This document shows positions 39,801 to 50,820 of a DNA stretch of 64,000 bases, one piece after another (the stretch's first letter is position 1; every line of letters starts with the position of its first letter). The notes below the pieces were generated by a model, which ran no database searches, was not told where the DNA came from, and saw only the letters and a list, made by a program, of their open reading frames with translations. The stretch comes from Takakia lepidozioides (Eukaryota; Plantae; Bryophyta), in the NCBI GenBank assembly GCA_030704615.1, contig CM060731.1, positions 26,784,001 to 26,848,000 on the forward strand, written 5' to 3'. Made by a program: the position numbers and the translations under genes.

Positions 39801-42800
39801 ACCTGGGAAAATGGCGACGAATTTCCAGTTCAGGGCACCCAAAATGGCTAAGTCCCTAGGTGGCTGGCACCGAAAACCGAAATTCGGCGCCATTTTTCCA
39901 ATTCCAAGGCCAGTCAGTTCAGGGACTTAGGCATTTTCGGCCCGGACCTGGGAAAATGGCGACGAATTTCCAGTTCTGGGCTCCCAAAATGGCTAAGTCC
40001 CTAGGGTGGCTGGCACCGAAAACCGAAATTCGGCGCCATTTTTCCAATTCCAAGGCCAGTCAGTTCAGGGACTTAGGCATTTTCGGCCCGGACCTGGGAA
40101 AATAGCACCGAATTTCCAGTTCAGGGCTCCCAAAATGGCTAAGTCCCTAGGGTGGCTGGCACCGAAAACCGAAATTCGGCGCCATTTTTCCAATTCCAGG
40201 GCCAGTCAGTTCAGGGACTTAGGCATTTTCGGCCCGGACCTGGGAAAATGGCGACGAAATTTCCAGTTCAGGGCTCCCAAAATGGCTAAGTCCCTAGGGT
40301 GGCTGGCACCGAAAACCGAAATTCGGCGCCATTTTTCCAATTCCAGGGCCAGTCAGTTCAGGGACTTAGGCATTTTCGGCCCGGACCTGGGAAAATGGCG
40401 CCGAATTTCCAGTTCAGGGCACCCAAAATGGCTAAGTCCCTAGGGTGGCTGGCACCCGAAATTCGGCGCCATTTTCCAATTCCAAGGCCAGTCAGTTCAG
40501 GGACTTAGGCATTTTCGGCCCGGACCGGGGAAAATGGCACCGAATTTCCAGTTCAGGGCTCCCAAAATGGCTAAGTCCCTAGGGTGGCTGGCACCGAAAA
40601 CCGAAATTGGGCGCCATTTTTCCAATTCCAGGGCCAGTCAGTTCAGGGACTTAGGCATTTTCGGCCCGGACCTGGGAAAATGGCGACGAATTTCCAGTTC
40701 TGGGCTCCCAAAATGGCTAAGTCCCTAGGGTGGCTGGCACCGAAAACCGAAATTCGGCGCCATTTTTTCCAATTCCAGGGCCAGTCAGTTCAGGGACTTA
40801 GGCATTTTCGGCCCGGACCTGGGAAAATGGCGCCGAATTTCCAGTTCAGGGCTCCCAAAATGGTTGTCCCTAGCGTGGCTAGCACCGAAAACCGAAATTC
40901 GGCGCCATTTTTCCAGTTCTAGGCCCAATCAGTTCCGCCCCAACCCGGGAAAATGGTGCCGAAATTCCAGTTCAAGGACCTCATTCTGTGTTTTTCATGA
41001 ATGAAGGTACTGAAAGTTCTCCCTTTTGGAGAAAGGTCATCTGTCTTTCGAGCCACCATTCTTCCTGGCATGGAGGAACCCTGGGGCTGACTCCATGTAC
41101 ACTGACGTTATTGTGAAGGAGTGGCATCTGGAACATTTGCGTGATTGCCCTTGGTATGTGGACCTTCCGCCCAGCTCACTCGACCCATCCGAGTTTCAAT
41201 TGAAGCTGGATGCTGAGGCCTGATGAAACCGGGCTCCGCTGCCTCCGCTGGGTCCAAAAGAGGCAAAAGCACTTGCGAACTCTAGGAAAGCGGCAGAGCT
41301 TGCTCAGGCAGGAATTCAGGAGAAATTGAATGAGAAGAATAAAGGCCAAAGGAAAAGGACAAGGAAACAGGTGAGTACAGTAACACCCAAAAAACAGAAA
41401 ACCATCGGGGCATCGGAGGAGGCGCAGGAGGGGACCCAAGGGAGTGACTCGGACGACGACTTTGTTCAAGATCCTGCAACTGCTGCTGCTGCTACCAAGT
41501 CATCGGTCGTCCGGGTTCCCAAGTCAGTTCGGAGTGGGACTGGCTCTACCAAGAAGTTGGCATTTGAGGGCGAGCCTACACGGCGGTATTCGGCGGTGAC
41601 GTTTACGCACAGGCCAAAGCTAGAACCTCCAACCATCATCCAATGCATCAATGAGAGCTTCCTTGACGCTCTCGCTGCCAGGGCGAAGAAGGTGGCACAC
41701 AGCAAGTCTCTGGCGGAGCAGAAGGGGAAAGCCAAGAAGAGGGCTGCCGGTACAGAGCCTAAAGACACCCCTGGTTTTGAAGCCATGATGGAATTCTTCA
41801 CAGCTGTGAGCACGGATTGCAAGAGCAGAGCACTCGGGGGGGGGGGAGGTTGAGGTGGAGAGAGCTTGCGATATGATTCTCCTTGACATTCCAGATGAGG
41901 AGCTGCTGGAGGGCCTGGATGGTGTGCCCAACTGGAACAGGTTTACTGAGGACCGAGAAGTGTTACCCTGGTCCTCCTCAGAAAATGGTTCTGCATCAAT
42001 ACACAGGGGTTGCGAACAGAGGGCCAAAGTGTAAGTTATCAATCTATTGCATTCACCTCATATTGTGGTGTATCTAAACTAGATCCCGGAGTTGAAACCT
42101 CTTTTGTTGGATGTGTAGACATTGGTGTTTGAGGCATATTGCTTTGTGAAGAGAGGGTCTACGTTCAAATCCGCAACGACGGTCGTCTTGTTGATGCCGA
42201 TGTGGACCCTGTTACCTACAATGTCCTCTACAACTATGTGCCTCACTCCAGTATGTCGAAGGACACAAAGACAGGCAAACCGTGGCGGTACAGCCGGACC
42301 CGGAGCCCTGCTTTCATCCAAACCCTCATGGAGACGTGCTCGGATGTCCAAGGGCGGATTCTTGACCTCACATGTGGCACGGGTAAGCCTTCACGTGCTC
42401 AGTTTGTCCCCTGGCCCGATTGCAATTGCATGCCGCAAGCTATTAACCGCCCGCTTTGTTCCTCAGGTGCTTCAATGTGGGCAGGGACGTTGTCCAACAG
42501 GCATGTGTTCGCCTTCGAGCCAGATACTGCCCTCCACAACTCGGAACTTGCAGCGGCTGAACGTCTGCCCAAAGAGGAAGAGGCACCCTTGGAGGATGAG
42601 GAAAAATCCGAGAAGGAGCAGGGGGAGGAACAAGTTGGGATCGAGGCCGAGGAGCCCCGGTTTACGAGTGAGTGGTCGCATTGTAAGTTGCCTCCAAATT
42701 TCGTGAGGCACCTCCCTTTGCTCTCTTATTTCATTGAAAACCCTTTCTGCTTCTGCTGGTATTGACATTCTTGAAGTGGATTTGTTCATACTGTAGGATG

Positions 42801-43326
42801 CCAAGTACTGCAGGAAGGACGTCTACACCGGAGTTTGGCTCCCCTTCCTTGATATTCACTTAACCTCCTCAGTTTCGGAAAGTGGTACATGGATGTGTAT
42901 GCTCATTGTAGTAGGAGGAACGTGCCTTTTTTTGCCAGGGGGGATTTCATGCCTAGTCTAGAAAGGGACTACATCCTTCCTACTTATGCTGCCCGGCTTG
43001 CTTCGGTGTCCATTAGGAGGTCTTCCGAACCTAGTCGTGTACAGCAGATTTTAGACGAGGCAAGCCTCAAGAAAATAAAGATGAGGGAGGAGGCAGCAGA
43101 TATTAGAGCCCGTCGGGCTTGTAGATTTGTCTTGGATTCTGCTGAGGAAAGTGGGGGAGAAGAGGCAGAAGATTCCCAGGAGGTGAGGTGGACAGTCCCC
43201 CAAGGAGAGGACGGAATTTTTGAGAGGCATAGTGCAACCGATGCATCACAGAGCTCGGAGGATGGGGGGGATGAGGGGGATGAGGAAGAAGGAGGGCCAA
43301 GTTCCTCGGAAGGTGTAGGAGAGTAG
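24830..43326 (+). pseudogene. MULE cargo gene copy 2: ParB/Srx-like + beta-class amino-MTase-like fusion, multi-exon, disrupted
   Basis: WDGNHR at 25930-25947. GT-AG introns 26088-26205, 27214-41006 (satellite) and 42383-42466. DMILLDIPD at ~41870-41896. RILDLTCGTG|ASMWAGTLSNRHVFAFEPD at ~42355-42525. Acidic tail ending GVGE* at 43326. Confidence 0.75.
27290..40960. repeat. 146-bp tandem satellite array, roughly 90-95 copies
   Basis: Monomer gggaaaatggcgccgaatttccagttcagggcacccaaaatggctaagtccctagggtggctggcaccgaaaaccgaaattcggcgccatttttccaattccagggccagtcagttcagggacttaggcattttcggcccggacct; period 146 (e.g. 35523 to 35669). Confidence 0.97.
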
Positions 43327-45556
43327 TTCCCATTCCTGCTATGTCAGTTAGGACACACTTGTATAGACGTGGCTTGCCACAAAATTTGCAATAAAATGTT
43401 GCATTTCATTGCTATGACGAGTCCACATGACCCTATTTCCGTGCATCCTAACCCTATTTCCGTGGACACACAATGGCCCGCTCATGTTTTTTTTTTTTCC
43501 GCTCATGCTCATGCCGCTCATGAAATAGCAGCCCCCCCTCCTATCGTTCATGATCTGAGTTCATAAATCCTCATCCACGCCGCAGCGGAAGAGAAAACAT
43601 GGATGGGGATTGAATCCTTCTTGTTCATGATTCACACAATCTTTATACAATTGCAGCACCAATGGTGCTGCTGATGTTTTCATTGATACAACCAGCCCTA
43701 TGACGGAGCTAAATGCGACCCATGTGGGCATCACCCTTGAGCAACACACGTCGAAACCCCTTTTGTAATGAGATCACTGATAAGAGAAAGGCAACTCAGA
43801 TCTGCCATGAATTACAGGCCTAGTGATTCTCTGCAGATGTCATGGTTTTTCCTCTATCTCCCAGTTGACCATCCCTCGTTACCCCTTTTACTGAGCAGCT
43901 CTCTCCCTTCCCAAACCTTTTCTCTCTCCTTCCTGTTGTAAAATTCCCTGGCTCATTTTCTTCCAACCAGCAGCCTATCTACATGCAATGCAAATCACCC
44001 AAAACAGACCCTTCACACTGTTTGCCTCCAGGGACAACCCAGTTTGTCAGTCAGTTCCCAACCCTTCTACAGATCTGCATCTAAACACCCCAACAGCTCA
44101 CTTTTGCCCTTTCAGATTTGAACCACAAAGTTCAAATGCTGAGTCCACTCTGAACCAGTTCTAAACTCCACATCAGTGTCAGTTTGCAGCCCCATCCACC
44201 TCTTCCTCTTTCTGATTTCAAAGAGGTTACAACTAACCCTCACTAGTGCTCACATCAACTACACTGGATTGCATTACATCTAATCATCAAAATCCCAGAG
44301 CCGCATTGTATGCAGATTCATGATACTGAAGCCAAAGGAACAAAAACAAAACAAACAACAAGCATTCTGTCACTGTGGGTGAACTACATCTGCCCTCAAT
44401 CAACACTCCTACAGACATGTGCATCAGATCCATTCATCTCCACCCCATCCTGGTTTGAAGTCCAGAGTCCCCATTCCATTTCTCAAAGTCTTTTTCCCGT
44501 CCTCATCACGCTCTCAGTTTGAGAGTCTCTACCAAAATTTTACAACAACGATTCCTAAGTGCCAAAAAGAAGAAGCCTCGTGTCTACGAACTTATCTGTC
44601 TTATACTCCAGGTGAAGCGGTGGCACTCTAAACACTGCCTTGGTGGATATGTATGTGAAGGCAACCCTGGATCAAGTGGATGTCACTTTGGGTGACATGG
44701 TAGCTGGCACCACCATTCCCAAGAACTACAAGTTCTTGAATTCATTCTCGAAATGATTTCTTTTGTTCTCTTGACATGTCCACGATAGTGCTTTACCTAG
44801 CTGCACATCAGATTTTCCTTCCTCAATGACTTCACTTGGGCAGTGATCTATGCATATGGCAACATGGCCCTCATGTTCGTCATCTGTAGAATGTGGCCAA
44901 AACTTGTTTTAAAAACACTCTTGATATAAACCAGTTTTGAGCCATCCAAATGCTTTTGGTTCCTGCCATGTATTTGTATTCTATGTTTTGCTGTATTTAT
45001 AATATATTTTCAATGCAGTGCAGCGAATCAATAAATTTAAATACAAAACCCACTAATTCATATTTATATAGATATAAAATGAAAAGTAAATGAAAATAAA
45101 TAAATAAAAACAAAATAACAGTAATAAACAAAAACAATAAAACCAAACATTAAACAAAAAGCCTCCCCAATTCATATATATATTATATTATATTTATATA
45201 TTTATATACTAGGTACACGTCATGCATCCACGTCATACTGCAGTAGAACTATTTTAGTACACGTCATGCATCCATGTCATAATGCAGTTAAAACACCTTA
45301 CTATACATCATAGCCACGTCATAGCCACGTCTCATCCACGTCATACTGTGGTACAATCACTTTACTACACGTCACCCCCTAGGTTTTACTGTCACATTTC
45401 ACTGTCAGAACCTGGCATCTGGATTCGACTGCTTGACTGAAACGACTTGACCTTTGTCACGCATGTTTGACTATGGAGGCTGGGAGTAAAAATGTCGCAA
45501 CGACTAAAAAATGAGTCAAATACAGAGTCGAAAAACCCAGCTTGTATTGTAGTGGA

Positions 45557-45717
45557 TCCTATGCCTGAGAGGTTACCTCGTTATCAACAACAGGAGGGTC
45601 AGACATTTCCATTTGGTGCTCAATCGCCTCCATCAGCCAGTGACAGGGCTCGAGCTTGCACACAGAGCCCTTCAAGAGACTCTCACCGACAAAAGGGTGT
45701 GCGCTCACAAAGGGTAG
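45557..45717 (+). pseudogene. Extra 3' ORF of the gypsy element, C-terminal end
   Basis: In frame with 16364-16910 after removing the CACTA-like element: ILCLRGYLVINNRRVRHFHLVLNRLHQPVTGLELAHRALQETLTDKRVCAHKG*. Confidence 0.6.
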
Positions 45718-45894
45718 CTGTTCCTAAACAGTAAACCGTGAGAAGACGGCTTTTTGAGGGGAGGAGGGGTAATGTTAGAGGGCTGTCTGGGACTTAGACA
45801 CTTTTATGGGTTTTGTGGGGTTAATTTTTGCGCAGACTTACGGATGGTAGACTTAGACCAACAGAGGCCTTAGGGGTGACAAGCGCAGACTTTA

Positions 45895-45926
<32 letters not shown>

Positions 45927-45944
45927 TAGACAGGCTTACACAGG

Positions 45945-46120
45945 CAGTCACAGCCCGACACAGCCTCACACAGCCAGTCACAGCCCGTCATAGTCTATCA
46001 CAGCTCGACACAGCTTCACACAGTTTCACACAGCCAATCGCAGCCCGTCACAGTCTATCACAGCCAGTCACAGCTTGGCACAGTCACAGCCTGACACAGT
46101 TTGACACAGCCGTCACAGCG
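45945..46120. repeat. CACAGC-based short tandem repeats in gypsy 3' non-coding region
   Basis: cacagccagtcacagcccgtca... ~10-bp units; similar tract at 828-905. Confidence 0.7.
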
Positions 46121-46161
46121 TACATAGGGAACGTTTATCATTGGCAGGGAACGACATCTGC

Positions 46162-46780
46162 AGGGGGGACGTGTTACTTCTTGGGGTGACAGTTAGTTAG
46201 TTAGGTGGTTAGAACAGCTTGCATGTAGATGAGGCAGAGCAGTAACGTGGGAGAGATCACTTCTTGGAGAGCGACTTGGTCAGGGGAAGAGGAGATGAAT
46301 CGGAGAGCAGAAACGGAACCAGGGATGGAGGAAACGGCGATGATGAGAAGATGACTTGATCGATGCTTAATTCATGCAAGCTGCAGAATCATACAGTAGA
46401 GCAGATTAGGGACACCATGGCATTGGCCTAATACCTGATAAATCTTAATCTGATACTTATTCGATACAATCACATTGTGTAGAGAGACATGAGTGAAGTT
46501 GTGGCATGAATGGATGAGTGAATGGAACCTGGTAGTTATTGAAGCAATCTGATGCTTCAGTATACACAGTAAGGTAATTTGCTAACATGAAGGCAAGAAG
46601 AAATACAAATAGGAAGCACAACCATGATTCACTAGCTGTAGGTCATGACTGATTATTCTGAGCGGGTTGAGTGCTTAGAGATATCCAGCTCTTCTATCTT
46701 GGAGTTTCCACCTCGGATAGCAAAGGGATGGGTGAGTAAAAGCCGCTCGACATCCCTCTCCTCGAGGCTGGTCCTGACCA
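46162..46780 (+). repeat. Polypurine tract and probable 3' LTR of the gypsy element
   Basis: AGGGGGGACG then TGTTAC at 46172. The partner LTR lies outside the window, so the end cannot be verified. Confidence 0.5.
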
Positions 46781-47229
46781 AATGATTTGAATGCGACGAA
46801 GAACCTCATATATATTTTTTGTTCCCTTTCTCCTCATCATAAGAACCAAGCTCCATAACTGTGTTTGGAGAAGCCATATGAGCTCCATCAGTAACATTAC
46901 TTGAATATAGTTGCACTACATGGACCCCAATTTTGGTATGTACTAACCAGTTCTTCCTCTTGAGAATCCAAAACATCTTATGAAAGCTGGGGTTAGAGGA
47001 CATGTAAATAAGACATATATGGATTTGAAATACAAAACCAACGTTGATACTTCAGCAATGTCAAGCGATAGGTATGAATCATACAGACATCGTGTTTCTA
47101 TTTAATTGTTGTTTACATTGCAATAGTCTTATTTTTATATAATGTCAAAGTTTTAATCTTATTACTTTATGAATTGTAGATGATTCGAGAGGTTTGCAAG
47201 AAGGGCAAATGACAAATTTCATAGATGTC

Positions 47230-48130
47230 GATTGGCGAGAGAAGGGGTGGGGGATGAGTGATTACTCCATTCATACAACTTGGACCCAAATGGAGTTCTC
47301 CAAGTGGTGGACCAAGACCTATTATTATTCCGTGTGGCAAGTGAGACTCGAGAGCTCGTCAAACCATTGGTAGAATGTCTCTTTGATAAATAACTTTTGC
47401 GATTGTCCTTCTATTTCAAGTTCATGCAAATATATCATTGGGGTGGAATTGATAGTGAAGAGATACTTCTCGACTTCTTCTATGTAAATATTTTCAACTA
47501 CAATGATGAATAATAACGATAACTCGGTGAATGAGGTCACAACATATGTGGACACAAACATGTCTAATGAGAATGAAGACATTCATAATGTTCCCACAAC
47601 AAACGAGAGTGACATTGCACGAACAAAATTTTTTGAGCTCGTGGGTGATTTGGAGTTGGAGCTTGTCAAAATGTGGAGCCATGTGAAAGATTATTTCTTC
47701 GGAAGAGTTGAAATGCAAGTTGAAAGTGATCAAAGAGTGTTTGACATTTATCACCGAACCATTTACTTTCACATGGTCTTCCGCGAGTTCTCTTCCTTCC
47801 AAAGGTTCTATACATGATATACAAGAGAATGTGAGGAGGACTAGAATGGGGCATGGTAATACCAAAAAGTGCATTGTTATTGAAGATGGTGATGGACATG
47901 AAGCTCAGCCGTAAGCTAAACGCTCATCACATGTAATGGTCTTACGGTCAAAACAAAAGAGAGTGGTTTTTCTAAAAGTACCTAAAGCGAAATGTGATGT
48001 GTGTTTTACAAGTACACGTGTTGAAAAAGATGATATCACCATGTCATGTTGGAATTGTGACCATACTTTGCCGGTGAAATATGAATTGTTGACCGAATTC
48101 ACTTTTGTTTTGTTTTCGAATAATCTCTAA
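47230..48130 (+). pseudogene. Remnant of an unrelated SWIM-zinc-finger (MULE-type) transposase C-terminus
   Basis: W*NVSLINNFCDCPSISSSCKYIIGVELIV (SWIM with H>Y); downstream CDVC...CWNC zinc ribbon. Confidence 0.55.
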
Positions 48131-50820
48131 CTTAGTTATGAGGATACATTGTGTTTTATAAGGAAACATTGTGTAATATAAGTATTCTTGCACATTGTTA
48201 CAACAATGTATATCCAACATAAGCTATACGCTTACACAAATATGTATCCATTACGAACTTATAGATGTACACTTAACATCCACTAAACTATGTCATATAC
48301 TTTTATGATATATGTATGGAATATTGACATCCAATGTAACATTAACCCCACTTAGATGACAATCCTAAAGCAATTGTTGCCTACTTCCACATATGTGTGG
48401 CTGAATGTGTGCAAATGTGTTGTACACTTTTTGACATTATGTATGAAATATCAACACTTAAAATGACATTCTATAAGGTAATTTTTGCACATTGTCTTAA
48501 ATGTATATGGCTCAATGCTTGACAATGTATTATATACTTTGTATCAAATATCATCATGCAATACAACATTAGCCCACTTAAATGACACTCCCCAATCATA
48601 TTTTGCATATATTTGCATATGTGTATGGATTAATGTTTGAGATATATGAAATACGGGGATCTCCCATAGTACTAGTCCACTTAAAATGACGCTTCTAAAC
48701 CCACTATTCACATATATGCATAGCTTAATATACCAAAATATATCATTGATTTTTATAAGTACATGAGCTGAAATTTGGATATCCACAAATACTAATCTAC
48801 TTAATCGACATTCTTAGACATATTATTTGTACATTATGCATATGAATATTTGTCAATGGAGTTATGATGATGTCTATACTAATATAAATCTATATAAGCC
48901 TATAATTAATGTATTACCATTGTTTAGAGCATCATGCACTCTTACAATTGCATACTAAGCCACCGTTCACTTATGCAAATAGATTGAAGCTCAATAATTC
49001 CTCTATCAACATCTATTCCTTCCTCTACCTCTTTTCCCTCCTTTCCCACCACCTCTTGGGATTGATCTCAATGTCTTTTTTTCACCCTAAGGTGGTGTGC
49101 GGCTACAATGTGCAATGTCGGCATTAGGCACCGGGACAACCCACAGTTGGTTAACATGTGCCTCTTTCGTTGCCTCACCTACCATCTGGTCCTATTCTCT
49201 CTTTCTAGGCCGCTCCATGGCCTCACGAACTTTGCGGTGATGCATCAATTGCCACTTCCCAACCTTCCTACATTTTTTATTTATTTATTTATTTTTTCCC
49301 ACTCTTCTTTATCTTCCCATAAAAGCTTAGCATAAAAGTAAAAAATAACTCTCCATTGTAACTTCTAAGTACCACCAGTCTTGCTCATGACCAATGTCAG
49401 AGGTAATATCATCTCAATTTTTTTTTTAATTGGCTCATCTTTATTCTAATGAGAAGACTAGGGGTAAGAAAAAAACAAAAATTGCTAAGCCCTAAGTTAG
49501 GCCTTCCCCAGGCGTTATCTTATCGAACAATTTATGAGGAACAAATGGATAAATTTTTAGGTTTATTATGGATGAAAAACAGATTTCGTTATTTGCAAAG
49601 AGGAGCCATACGTATATAGCTACGTAACCACCTAGTGACCTAACAATAAAATTAAGATAAGAGAAAGAATAATAATAATAATAATAACTTGTGAGTACCA
49701 TGAGAGGCTTATAAGGCGATGGGAAACCTACAAGAATCCACACAGTGCATCTCCACTGACACGTGTATTTGGGTGGGCTTACATTGAGGAGATATTTCAT
49801 ACACTTTCATATTTGGATATTGAAAATGAATATTTTGAACCATTTTTTTTTTTTTTTTTGGGTAAACTAATTAAAAATGCCCCAATCGATATCATAAGGC
49901 AATTTTGTTTTCGAGAATAGACTCCACTTATTGATATCTGCATATCGTTAGACCTGAAACCAAGTACACATGGTGGCTCTGTTGTACGCTTTATCAGATC
50001 GTGCCCCTTTCGATCCAGATTTTGCCCACCACACTCAGTTTTGATTCGACTGATTAGAGAATTAAGAGAGAATTGGACTGAAGGGTCTAATTTCCCGTGA
50101 AAAAAATTAACCAACATTTTGCACTCTGGCATATTTAAAACGAGTCATATAGATTCACCTATATAACTTTGTGCATTTTTCTTCTTATGCTTCAAATGGG
50201 GGGGGGTATGATATCCACGCAACAGGCTGTTGCACGCTCGAGAAAGTTTCCACGCCCAAATCGTACAGTGCGCAATTCAATCATGGACCTCCAATATTTG
50301 ACCATCACTTTGGGTTCACAATATTTTTTTCATTAAAACTCATTGAATTTAAAGGAGCAATAATTCGATGTCAATACAAGTCGATGTGATAAACTACTCG
50401 TTTTCAAAATTCAATGTGTACGCTTTCACCAAATAATTCAAACGTGATGATCACGTCTTAACATTACATTAAAAATAAAATAAAAACTGAATATATCTAT
50501 ATTACAGTTTGTAAAGATTATACCAAAATGGTTAGAACTTGAACCAGATTTGATATTAATTAATGGTGGTAACAATAGATGATATTCGCACGGGATTCAT
50601 GGTGTAGATTCATGGTATAACGTGAATATATTATGTACAAACTCACTATGTCATGTGAGACGAAGGTAAAATCATGGATTCATTTCCCTTATAAGTTTAC
50701 AATGTTAAGTTGTAGCGTACTTATCTTTAGGGGGAAAAAAAAATACAAATAAAAGTGATCCACTCACTCTAACATTTTATTTTATTTTTTCCGGAATTGT
50801 ACTAGAGGACGACAACCACA

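Larger units (their letters stand above)
17774..43536 (-). mobile_element. MULE copy 2, 25.8 kb, inverted relative to copy 1, with intronic satellite expansion
   Basis: Starts GAGGTTAGCTATTTCAT, ends ATGAAATAGCAGCCCCC. 9-bp TSD CCTCCTATC at 17765-17773 and 43537-43545. Colinear with rc of copy 1. Confidence 0.92.
16911..45554. mobile_element. Non-autonomous CACTA/EnSpm-like element (~2.9 kb net) containing MULE copy 2
   Basis: Left end AACTACAACACACCCTATGTAATTTCGAC vs right end rc CACTACAATACAAGCTGGGTTTTTCGAC. Subterminal TT(C/T)GAC repeats at both ends. 2-bp TSD GA. Removal restores host frame MEEK|ILCLRGYLVINNRR. Confidence 0.75.
1..46780 (+). mobile_element. Degenerate Ty3/gypsy LTR retrotransposon (3' half; non-chromovirus, Athila/Tat-like organisation) hosting nested DNA transposons
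   Basis: Integrase core and GPY/F region at 1-660. An extra downstream ORF rejoins in frame across both nested insertions. Polypurine tract AGGGGGGAC precedes TGTTAC at 46172. The right boundary of the LTR is approximate. Confidence 0.75.

Noticed and set aside
27286-40922. Dozens of short ORFs (MAPNFQFRAPK..., MAGTENRNSAPFF...)
   Set aside because: Translation artefacts of the 146-bp satellite; the period is not a multiple of 3 and the array lies in an intron.
27290-40960. CRISPR array
   Set aside because: No unique spacers; whole monomers repeat; eukaryotic context and no cas genes.
3051-43536. Inverted duplication as an assembly artefact or segmental duplication
   Set aside because: Homology stops exactly at the TIRs, each copy has its own TSD, and the copies differ by many substitutions and independent deletions.
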